A program made the translations under genes and the position numbers. Positions 25,921 through 37,647 of a stretch of DNA of 64,000 nucleotides are shown here, one piece after another. Below the pieces are notes generated by a model that was given only the letters and a program-made list of their open reading frames with translations, did not search any database and was not told the origin of the DNA. The stretch's first letter is position 1. Every line of letters starts with the position of its first letter. The DNA comes from Narcine bancroftii (taxonomy: Eukaryota): positions 354,206,001-354,270,000 of the forward strand of contig NC_091470.1 in assembly GCF_036971445.1 (NCBI RefSeq). The letters are read 5' to 3'.

Positions 25921-26562
25921 CAGTGGATCCTTGAATAACGTTTCATTCAGCTCCGTTTCATTATAACGCTGATGAGAAAAAAAAATACTGTGCCACACTG
26001 TTAACGTTTGGGTTTGAACCAAATGCTGGTAGGCGCTGCTTTGTACAATTTTTGCTTTTCAAACATTTATTCCTCGATTCATCCCAATTGCAATGAGCAC
26101 TAAATGAGTGCTGTGCACCACTGCTGTCTGTGGCCACAAAAAACAAAGTGCTCCATTAGAAACAAAATTCGAAGTGTTGGGGAGATTTGACAATGGACAG
26201 CGAGCTGTGGACATTGGAAGAGCCGTCGGGCTGCAAGCCACGACCGTACAAACAATTCGCAGTAATGCCGAAAAGGTTAAAGCTCGTGCTCAAAGTCCCA
26301 CGCCTTTAACTTGCAGTAGACACAGCATAATGGAAAATATGGAAAGATTTCTGAATATCTAAATGGCCATTCATATGAAAGCTTTAAGTTTATTTGAAGG
26401 ACTAAAACAACATGGACCTAGTGATGAAAGTGAAGTGGCAAGTCGTGGTTGGTTTGAGCATTTTAAGAATTGGTTTTAATGTTGAGCCTATGGTAAAATT
26501 GGTTTTGTTTAACGTTGTTTCATTTAAAGTAGTACTTTCCAATGTTAAGTGAGGTCCTGCTG
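25921..26562 (+). mobile_element. Tigger/pogo transposon deletion derivative
   Basis: CENP-B-type HTH LETKFEVLGRFDNGQRAVDIGRAVGLQATTVQTI; VASRGWFEHFK; imperfect TIRs ending cctgctg|TA. Confidence 0.75.
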
Positions 26563-26669
26563 TATACAAGTATGGAGGTTATAGTTACACTGTACAGAAA
26601 ATTGATGAGGCCACATCTGGGGTACTGTGCACAGGTATTGCTGTCCTGATTTAAGGATGTTTAAATTTA

Positions 26670-26880
26670 AGTTTAGGCCTACAGCACAGTAACAGACTCT
26701 TTTGACCCACAAGCACGTGACATACAATTACATCCAATTGAACTACAACCTTTGGTACATTTCGAACGGTGGGAGGAAACCAGAGCGCCCAATGGAAACA
26801 CATGCAGTCACTGGGAGAGAGTACAAACTCCTTACAGACAGCACGGATTTGAACCCGATCGCATTGCGCTAACCACCCAT
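26670..26880 (-). mobile_element. V-SINE-like SINE
   Basis: Reverse complement of the family at 24955. Confidence 0.7.
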
Positions 26881-28139
26881 GCAAATTCACCAGTTTACTA
26901 AAGTCGAGTTGGCGTCAGAACAAATCTAATAGAGGGGCAGTAGAGACTTATTTTTTGGCGGTATCACACCTGGGGTGGGGTGGCGACTGCATCGTTGGCC
27001 GGGGGGGGGGAACAATAACTCATTTGGGAGGAGGTCTGGCCCATGAATGACCACCTCCCAGCATGACCTGACCCTGACTAAAGTGGAATGGGTGTGGCGT
27101 CGTACGAGAAAAGGTAAGAAGGACACTGTTTGTATCAGCCGGAATTTTAAATAAAAAAAGTGACTTCATTGACACGTTCACGATCTCAAGGGTTCCTGAT
27201 GGAAGAAACATCTTGTGGGAGGATCAAGAACTGTTTAAAAATAAGTGTCACCCATTTAAGACAGGTTCTTTTTTTAATGAAGCAATTTTTCCCCCTGCTC
27301 ACAGAGGGGTGGCATTCCCTTCCTCAAAACATGATAGGAGTAAATCTTTGAATATTTTTTAAGGCAGATGTTTGAACTTGGAGCTGTGCCACTGCCAACT
27401 CTCTATGCCCCCTGCCTCACCCTACCCACAGCCCTAACAGCCAGCAAAATGCCATTGCTGCTGGCTGGATCTTTAATGAAAACTATAATGTGAGGAGGCA
27501 GTTGGACTTCTGTGAACAATTTAAAAAATTCTATCTGAGTTCCAAATTCCAAGACAACTTCGAAACCCACTAAGAAGTTGCTACAATTATACTATTCACA
27601 GGGCGAACACAACAGAGGAGTCGTTAATGAGTCCAAAGCAGTTTGGGAATTCACCTAATTAAATAAACCTGGAATCAGGAAGCTCACGATTGTTAACCCA
27701 CCAGAATGACAAAGAAATGCAGCTGGTTCGCCAATGTCAGCTGGTGAAAGAAATCTGCCATCCTCACCCAATCTATCATAACCAAGCTCCCCTTTAACCC
27801 CACCACTTCGCCTCTGACCGCCCAACTTTAGAACAGTGTTTGAGTATTGTCAGAGGATTAAAGGCAGCATTCAACCGTGACTGTTCAGATTGAGAAATGT
27901 TGCCAATATTTCACTATTTTACTGCTCAAAACCACAACAAACTTCAGAGCGCAAGGAATAAGTTGCTTCTTAAAATTGCTCAACTCAAGGGCAATTCAAG
28001 ATGGGCTTTTCCTCATACCTGTGTTGATTCACTGCACATTGCCCTCATTGATGTCACCTGAATAAAACACGAGTTAAAGCTACTCCTGGAAGGTGACTAT
28101 CTTGTATTATACATTTATCACATTTAGGAGAGATTAGAA

Positions 28140-28720
28140 TAGAATTTAGCCAATTGGGCTTTGGAAGAGTGGGCCTTAAATTGTAATAATGAACGTCTGG
28201 TACAAAGAGAGGCTTCAAATAGAATCCCATGTAGTTTAACTGTTGAAAATCCTGCTCCCATAGTTTTTTTTTTAAATTCTGTCCAGGGAACTGTCCCGAG
28301 ATCTTAAAACTAGTTCAAAAGGCCAGATTATAATTAGTTTGGAAATTATAAATCATCCCCTCCATCATTAGGTTCCAGGTCTTCAGGCATCTTCAAAATT
28401 AAAGAATTCAAAAAGCTCCTAACCTGTAAATAATGAAAAATGTGATGTCTAGGATTTGTAAATTTGGCGGATAATTGTTCAAAAGAAGCAAGATTTTGGT
28501 CAGTAATAACATCTAAAAAGGATTGGATACCTAAATTTGACCAATGATGGTAACCGATATCTTGAACCGAACGTAAAAAAAAGGAATTGCCTATAAATAG
28601 GACTAATTAAGAAGAATCTATGGTACCCAAAATGTTTCCTAAATTGAAACCAGAAATCTAGAAATTAAATCCACCAAAAAATATTCTTTTCTTTCGTTAC
28701 TTGGCGCTCCTTTAGCTTTT
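28140..28720 (-). mobile_element. L1-clade ORF2 fragment
   Basis: Minus strand: WFQFRKHFG, SFEQLSAKF, HHIFHYLQVRSFL-like motifs. Confidence 0.6.
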
Positions 28721-29579
28721 TTGGCATCCAAATTTACTGATAACTGTTGTTAGACATACGTTGACAAGTTTAGAAGTAGAACACGAAACACAACCTAGAG
28801 TCTAGACTCTTGAGTAACTTGGCATTCTTTTAAAAAAAAACACCAACTTTGGAATTATTCTGAAAAAAATTAGCATACTTACCTCCGATGTGTCCCAACG
28901 TGGTCGTTTGCACAGACACTTTTAGGGCACTTTTACACAGCCTTCCTGTGTTGCGGAATTTGTTGGAGGGGAAGCCTCGTATTTGTTAGGCCTGTTTATT
29001 TCGGAGTGGCTGCGGTTAATTTACACTGCAGTCGCTCCATAAAAATGTGTAGGAAATGAGTGGAAAAACTACGGATAAAAAAAAAATTCTGTCCCGACAT
29101 TTTTACACTGCCACCGGAGCAGAAATCTTGCTGAAAAGTCCCGACTGTCTTTGAGTACAAGAACAATTGGGAGAAATTCTATCCATTAGGTAATATCACC
29201 AGTCCTTGGGTCCCTGCCACACACCAGCTGCTTTCAGGTGGTCAGAATATCCCAACGTAAAGCCGTCTAAAATACCTGAATGCAGCTGTCGGGGGCCACC
29301 TGATGCGGAGAACCCTGACCCAAGGAGTACTTACCCAACCCTCCTCGAGTAGGTGTATTCTTCACTTTGGAGCGCTCCCCCTGGGCTCCTGAAAGCGGGC
29401 AGGACTATGGTCACAGTCGACAAGAGCTGGCATTTGCTCCGCGGCGCCTCTCCCTGCTGTGGACCTTCCAGGTGCCAGAACAGCGCCTTTAGCACTGCCA
29501 CCTGAATACATATTCGCACACACCCACAGCCAGCTCCAGAGACGCATTCTCTCAGCTATTCCACCGGATAGCAGCTACT

Positions 29580-30290
29580 GTTTCCTATCCACTGATTCCA
29601 TCCTCTCCCTGACAACTGTCTGAAACTGACCCAGGCCCTCTCTGTGACATAAATGGCTGAACTCAGCTTGCAAGCCCCAATCTCTGCGTCATTGGTATCT
29701 CTGCATCATTGGTATCCCTGCAGACTCTAGATCACTGCACATCTCTGCTCATACCTCAACTCACATTCATGCTCTTGTCATTTACTGAAATGACTGTAGC
29801 AATGTCCTTCTGCCTGACCATGAGCTTCCAGGAAATTCACCGCCGCTAATCTCTGGTGTCCCGGGTCAGGCCTGCGCTCATCAACCAACACAAGCTCCCA
29901 ATCCAGCAATGCTTTCATTTTTTAAAAAACTCTAATCGATGCTTTCAAATCCCTCCCTCTTCCTCGAAACTCTTTACAGTCCTCAGGGATACCTGCACTT
30001 CTGAAAATCTATTCTCGTCACTCCACCTATGGCAGCTTTGCTTTCAGTAACTTGGGCTCGAGATCTGGAGTTTCCTCACTAAATTTCTGTTCCCACAGAC
30101 CAGATGGGACCAAGAACCAGTTTCGGTGCTGTAGAATTCTATGATTCGACCTTTCAAATTCTCCTTAAATAACTACTCCACCAACCTTTTGGTTACTGGG
30201 TTTGACAACTCTTTTTACGGCCGAAGTTAAATTTTGTGCATCATGACCTTAGGACATTTATTTCATTAAAAATGCACTACAAATTCTTAG
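29580..30290 (+). mobile_element. L2 LINE 3' fragment
   Basis: IHALV...DCSNVLL; ggcagctttgctttcag...ctgga; tail cattaaaatgcactacaaat. Confidence 0.5.
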
Positions 30291-32380
30291 TGAAGAGTTA
30301 TGATTTGCTGCAGGTTTGGCAACTTCATTTAATTATTCCAGTGAACTGGGATTCACTGGTAGTGTGTGGTGTTGATGGCTGGCTCCACCCCCATCTGCTC
30401 ACATACAAGCCTGGCTTCCCACCTAAACCCAGAATGCTTCTGAAGACTATGGTGAAACCCTGCCCATAGTTATAAGCTAATAAAAGTGCTTGTTCTCCCT
30501 CCTGTTGTGAGAGCTTTTATTCGCACTACCATTTTATTAGCTCATTCCCTAAACGATGGAAGTTCTACTCAAGCCTGGTACATTGCTGATAGACCCTCTG
30601 TCCCCCGACGCGGCTGAGGAGTTCATGTACTGGCTGGACTGCTTCCAGGCCTACCTGAATGTGACCAGAGACGTCTTCCACACTAGTTTCAAGGGTAGGA
30701 ATGAAAGGGTATGCAGTCATCAGGGACTGCACTACATATGATGCTGCCATTGAGGCTTTGAAGGCTCAGTACCTGAAGTTGCAAAATGAGGTCCTAGCGA
30801 GGCACTGACTTGCTCTACGTCGCCAATGGCCAGGAGAGACCATTGATGACTACCTGCTGGATCTGTGGACTCTTGCCAAGAAGTGCAGGTACGAAGCGGC
30901 TACGGGCCGCATTCGTGAAGAATGGATCCAGGACATTCTAGTCGCAGGGGTCCAGGTACATGAGGCAGCGACTACTCAAATTGGGTAATGTCCTGGCTAG
31001 CCACGTTGAACTGGCCAAATGTTTGAACAGGCCAAGCTTGAGAACAACAATCTTGAAGCCAGACCCAGATGACAACTTCCAACACAAGCTGCTCCTGCTA
31101 CCCAGCCCTAATGGCTGCTGCTTCCCGTGCCAGGGAGCGCTTCTGTGCTAGGAAGTACTTTCCCCACTCTCGTTGCCCAGCATTTTGTAAGGGTTTGCCA
31201 CACGAGGGGAAGCCCGGGAAAGTCTAAGGCCTGCACTGCTCCCGGATCAAATTCCAGCCCCAAGCCATCTGCCCTGAATTTACCCGAGCCCACTTGCTGA
31301 GCTACACGCCGACAGGGGGTAGCAGTGAGGTGACTGTGCATAAAGGCTCAGCTGCCATCTTTCCGCGACCCAAATTCAACTCAGCGCCAACATCGTCAGA
31401 GGAGGAAGGGGGGGCAGGCATCTAGCCATGCCATGAGGCTGACTCCATCTTACCCACACAGAGCAATCCAGGACGGTGGGGGCCACTCGAGTGAGGAGTA
31501 TGGAGTCTCCAGGGTCCTAGTCTCAACAGTCCTAGATCAGGACAGTCCTCACCAGCTCAGCAACTCTATAGTGACTGTGAAGGTAAACAGACATTTTACT
31601 AAATGCCTAATCGACAGACTCTACTGAAAGCTTCATAAACTCACGGACTGTTCAAGAGTACAACCTAAAGATGTATTCTTCCAATTATCACATATTCCTT
31701 GCGTCTCAGTCACATTCTATGTGTATTCAACAACATTGTATAGTACATCTGTCGTTTGAGGGTGGTGGGGGAGGTGAGTTCTGTAAATTTCGCCTGTATA
31801 TACTTGATGAATTGTGTTCTCCGGTGTTATTGGGTCTGGATTTCCTGTGTCATCTTAAAAGTGTAACCTTGGAGTATTCTGGTCACCTCCCCTTTAATGG
31901 TTTGGAATGGAGGGACCCTAAAGTCAGAATCCACATGCAGCCTCTCCACACTGAATATCAACGCCGCCCCCACCCCTCTTCCCGAATCTGTCCTCGGACT
32001 GCAAACCTATTGGTATCAAGAGCAGCAGGTACAGTGCAGCAGACTGAGATGTCATAAAGACTGAGACGCAATGTCTGTTCGACAAATGTATAATCGAATC
32101 AATCACCAGCCCGTGGTGAGTGCAAGTAGTTACGGTAAAAAGGGAAAACGAATCCAAGCTAGTAATTGACTATAGCCAAACTATTAATCGTTACACACTC
32201 CTGGACGCATACCCCCTCCCTCGAATTTCGAAAAAGGTGAATGATATTGCACATTATCGGGTCTATTCAACCATCGACCTGAAAGCTGCTCATCATCAGC
32301 TGCCAATCTGTTCCGAGGACCGTCCATATACGGCATTTGAGGCTTTATACGGCATTTGAGGCTAACAGTAATCGCTATCA

Positions 32381-34714
32381 CACAAGATCACAAGATAAAG
32401 GAACAGAAGCAGGCCACTAGGCCCATCGAGTCTGTTTCATGACTCTACATTAAGCTGAACTATGCTCACACCTAGTTCCAATTTCCAGCCTTTTCCCCAT
32501 ATCCCTTGATACCCTTACTAATGAGATACTTATCCATTTCCTGTTTAAATACTCCCTGTGATCTGACCTCCTCTGCTTTGCGCAGCAGTGAGGTTCCACA
32601 GATCCACGACCCTCTAACTCACACATGTCAAACTCTGGCCCGCGGGCCAAATTTGGCCCGCGATATAATTATATTTGGCCCGCAAGAATATTTCAAAAAT
32701 GTATTAGAGGTGGCCCGCCCTGCAGCGAGAGCCGATGCTGTTTTTTGGTAACGTCACCCCCACCATCTTCCCCCTTCATTGCACATCCTTCCCCATTGTA
32801 ACACGAGAAATTGTAATACGAGAAGTCTGTCGATGTCATCAGCCGGCAAGCCAGTTGGAAGGCTCCCCGCACAACTAGTCACTTCTCTCACGTGTCAAGC
32901 GGTGTGGCGGATGGACGAGTGCCTGTGATTTCCTGTCGGCGCGACGGGCATGGCAGGCTGCGCACGGCCCCCGGGCAGCGCGAGCCCCGCGTGACTGGCA
33001 CCGGACGGCCCTTCCACAGCGCGAGCGCACTTCTCCCGGTCGCCACGGCCTTCAGCGCTTGCACCCGCGCGGACCCCAGGGACGGCTGGTTCGGCCCTGC
33101 ACGTGAAGAGAGAGATGGTGGCTGTCCGCAAAGGCTGATTGGCAGCGCACTGGGCCTGAGTGGGTGGGCAAGCAGGGGTGGGCAGATGGTGTAGGTGAGG
33201 AGTAATGGGCAGGGGAAGCTATGGTGGTGCGAGGGGCAGTTAGAGGGAGGGATGAGTAGAAGGAGGGGTGGATAGGGAAGAGGTAAAAGGGGAGGGGCAG
33301 GGCGAGGAGGGGTGATTAGAGGGTGAGAGACAGATAGAGGGAGGAACAGGTTGAGGGGAGAGGCAGTAGAGGGGCATGTATAGGATGGGGTGGGTAGAGG
33401 CAGAGCAAGTGGAGTGAGGGGTGAGTAGAGGTTGGTAAAGGACTGGTCAGGTAGAGGGATGGTGGGTCGAGGGTGAATAGAGGCCTAGAGCCTGAGGAGT
33501 GAGCAGGAAATGCTGAGTCCTGATGCAGGCCAAAATGGACACAGCCTGTGAATGCTGACTACATCTCCACAGGGACCAAATATGTTTCCCTCAGGTCAAG
33601 CAAAGGGTGAACTTGAGCTACCTACTCCTGACCTGTAACTTTATCCTCCTAAAGTTATATCCTAAAGTTTAACATTACATATGTTGAAAGAAGAGAAAAC
33701 ATGCAGATGTTGTTGAAAATTTTCAATAAATATTTAGTTCAGCCCTCGACTTAGTCCAAGTTTTTAATTTTCATCTTCCGTGAATTTGAGTTTGTCACCC
33801 CTGCTCTAACTAAAGAAGTTCTTCTTCCTCTCTGTTTTAACTGGATAACTTCTAATTTTAAGACTATGCCCCTTTGTCCTCAATTCACCCATCAAGGGAA
33901 ATATCTTATCTACATTCACTCCGTCAAAACCTTTCAATATTCAAAATGTCTCTATGAGATCTCCCCTCATTCTCCAATGAATAGAACCCAAGACCTGCAA
34001 AAACACTCCTCATACATTAGCCCTTCCATTCCAGGAATCATTCTGGTAAATCTCCTCTGCACCCTCTCCAACATCACATCCTTCCTAAGATAGGAGGCCC
34101 AAAACTATACACAGTACTCCAAATGGGGTCTCACCAGTGCCCCATAGAGCCTCATTAACACCCCTCTTCTATTATACACTATTCCTCCTGAAATGAATGC
34201 TAGCATAGAATTTGCCTTCTTCACTCCCGATCCCCCCAGGGCATTAACTTTTAGATGACTCTGCACAAGGACGCTCAGGTCTCTTTGCACCACCGAGGAT
34301 TGAATTTTCTCCCCATCCAGATAGTTCTCTGCCTGTTTATTTCCACGGCCAAAATGTAGAACCAAAAACTTCTCAACATTGGGCAAAATTATGGCAGATG
34401 AAGTACAGTCTCCCAATCTGTCTACATCCCTCTGCAATTTTATGGTTTCTTCAACACTTCCTGCTCCACCACCTATCTTAGTGTCATCTGCAAATTTGGC
34501 CACTAAACCATTCATTCCATAATCCAAATCGTTAATAAAAATTGTATACAGCACTGCCCCCAAGACCGACCCCTGCAGAGCACCGCTTGTTACAGGCAGC
34601 TATCCTGAATGGAATCCCTTTAATTCAACCCTTTGCTTTCTGCCTATCAGCCAATTTTCTATCCAGTCTAATAGCACTCCTATAATTCCATGGGCCCCCA
34701 TTTTATTTAGCAGC
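32381..34714 (-). mobile_element. CR1 LINE 3' fragment inserted in Gypsy B RT (split by a hAT element)
   Basis: FINDLDYGMNGLVAKFADDTKIGG...LVRPHLEYCV; tail (tcttgtga)n at left; ctatca repeated at 32375-32380 and 34715-34720 (candidate TSD). Confidence 0.85.
32620..33803. mobile_element. Non-autonomous hAT (Charlie/OC1-like) element, 1184 bp
   Basis: Perfect 8-bp TSD CTCTAACT (32612-32619, 33804-33811); termini cacacatgtcaaactc / gagtttgtcacccctg; subterminal ggcccgcgggcc. Confidence 0.85.
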
Positions 34715-35098
34715 CTATCAATTCTGGAGGGTCCCTTCCGGTATCACGAACAGGGTTTCTATCTTCCAGAGGTAGCTTGTCAGAATGATAGATGAGTATG
34801 GGTTGAAATCTACCTTTCCCTACCACAATAATGTCACCATCTGTGGCCATACCTTGGAAGATCATGATACCAACCTCCAAAGTTTTCTCCATGCAGTGAA
34901 AGCCCTAAACCTTACTTATAACTCTAACAAGTACATGTTCAGGACTAAACATCTGACTTTCCTTGGCTATGTGATGAAGAATGGCATCATTAGCCCCGAT
35001 CCTATAGGATGTGCCCCCTGTTAGAGCTCCCCGTGCCCAGGACTACAAAGACTTTGAGGACATGCCTGGGGCTTTTCTCATATTACACCCAGTGGATA

Positions 35099-37647
35099 TC
35101 TCTTTCTTTTCCAATCTTTTTATTATTATTATAATTTATAAACACATACAGTTCAAAGAGATATGAAAAATACATAGTAAATAATGAATTAATACAGAGA
35201 TATTGAACAATAATATTGCAGAATAAAAATATATCATAAAAAAAAATTTTTAGATCAGTTTAGAGTATGAACTATCTCTAAAAAAAATGATATAATTAAT
35301 AAAAATATATAAAAAAAAGAGAGAAAAAAAACCCACAAAGGAAGAAAAAACAAATCTGAATTAAAAACTTTAAAAAAAAATACCTACCGATATAGCTAAA
35401 TCACGCCGATCATTCCAATCTCATCTAACAGCCCAATTATCATACATAATCATAAAAAGAAAACAGAGCCAGATCAACTCACCACAAATGAAAATATTGA
35501 ATAAATGGTCGCCTGGTTAACTCAAACTTAGAAGGGGATTCATAGACAGAGTTTCTAATTTTCTCTAAATTTAAACATAGTATAGTTTGGGTAAACCATT
35601 GGAAAACAGTGGGAGGATTAACCTCTTTCCAATTCAATAGTATAGATCTTCTAGCCATTAGTGTAAAGCAATCATACGATCCGCAGGAAGAGATAAATAA
35701 GTCAAATCTATCATAGGTAATCCAAAAATTGCAGTAATGGGATGTGGTTGTAAATCAATATTCAAAACGGTAGATATAATGGAAAAAATTTCCTTCCAAT
35801 AATTCTGTAAAGAGGGACAGGTCCAAAACATATGTGTAAGGGAAGCTATTTCCAATTGACATTTATCACATATAGGATCGATATGAAAATAAAAACGATG
35901 GAGTTTATCTTTAGACATATGAGCTCTATGAACAACTTTAAACTGTATCAGTGAATGTTTTGCACATAGAGAAGAGTTTACCAGTCGCAGAATTTTATTC
36001 CAATTTTCATTGGAAATATGAAGGTTGAGTTCTCTTTCCCAATCATTTTTAAACTTTCCAAAAGTCCCAGAATTTATTTTTGTAATTATATTATATAATT
36101 TAGATATTACACCTTTTGGAGGGAATTTTGAATATAGTATATCCTCTAAAACAGTCGTAGTCTCCCGATTGGGAAAAGAGGGTAAAGTCGAAACTAAGAA
36201 ACTCCTAATCTCCATATATCGAAAGAAATGAAATCTAGGTAAATCATATTTCATGGATAATTGTTCAAATGACATGAAAGAGTTATCCAAGAATAAATCC
36301 GAAAAGCATGTTATACCTTTAACTTTCCAGAGTAAATAAGCTTGATCAATTAGAGAGGGATGAAGAAAGAAATTTAGTACAATAGGGGTTTCCAAGATAA
36401 AATGACTTAGGCCAAAAAATCTCCGGAATTGAAACCATATACGTAGTGTATGTTTAGCCATTGGATTATCAATTAGTTTATATAGTTTAGTAAGAGTAAA
36501 AGGGAGAGCAGCTCCCAAAATAGAGCTAATTGAGAAATTTTGTACCGGTTTAATTTCTAAATTTACCCAATGGGTCTTATAGACCAATTTCTTTGTTGAA
36601 TGTTGATTCTAAGATCTTCTCTAAAATTCTAGCGACAAGGTTAGAGAAGATATTACCATATATTATCTCTGAAGACCAGACTGGATTCATTAAAAATCAT
36701 TAGTCCTCCTTTAATATTAGAAGATTGATGAATATTATTTACACCCCTTCACATAAGTCCTCAGAATGTGTTATTTCATTAGATGCTGAGAAGGCCTTCG
36801 ACAGAGTAGAATGGCCTTATTTATTTACAGTTCTTGAAAAATTAAATTTTAGTCCAATATTTATATCTTGGATTAAACTTCTTTATAATTCCCCAGTTGC
36901 CTCGGTTTTTACTAATACTCAAAGATCGCCATATTTTCGATTATTTTGGGGCACCAGGCAAGGGTGCCCCCTTAGCCCTTTATTATTTAACTTAGCTTTA
37001 GAACCTTTGGCAATTGCTATCAGAGAAGCACCCAATATTACTGGTATTATTCGTTGCAGGGATATTCATAAAGTATCACTATATGCAGATGATTTATTGC
37101 TATATATTTCCAATCCTGAAAATTCTATTCCTGCAGTTTTATCTTTATTAGCCCAATTTAGTAATTTTTCGGGATATAAACTGAACTTAAATAAAAGTGA
37201 ATTATTCCCTTTTAATGGATGGGTTCCTATTTATGATAGTTTGCCTTTTAAAATAGCTAGAGACTATTTTATATATTTAGGGATTAAGATTACTAAAAAA
37301 CATAAAGATTTGTTTAGGACTAATTTTTTCCCTCTATTTGACCAATTGGTCACCATTATCCCTATCTATGATAGGCCGAATTAATGCTATTAAGATGATG
37401 ATCTTACCTAAATTTTTATATTTATTCCAAGCTATACCTATTTTTGTTCCTAAATGTTTTTTTGATAAGCTTGATTCTAAATTGTCTTCATATAACTGGC
37501 AAAACAAGAATCCTAGATTGGGAAAAAAATATTTACAGAAATCTAAACTGGAGGGAGGATTGGCATTACCCAACTTTAGAAATTATTATTGGGCAATTAA
37601 TATTAGTTACTTAAGGTATTGGTTGAATTATTCAGAATTATCTCTAA
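35099..37647 (-). mobile_element. 5'-inverted (twin-primed) L1-clade insertion
   Basis: Minus segment ~35099-36575 is the ORF2 C-terminus (CCHC) plus 3' UTR; plus segment ~36575-37647 is the RT core ([27 protein letters not shown]); 14-bp TSD ACACCCAGTGGATA. Confidence 0.88.

Noticed and set aside
26108-26362. Domesticated TIGD/CENP-B-like gene
   Set aside because: In-frame stop, no DDE domain, and bounded by TIR remnants: a transposon fossil.
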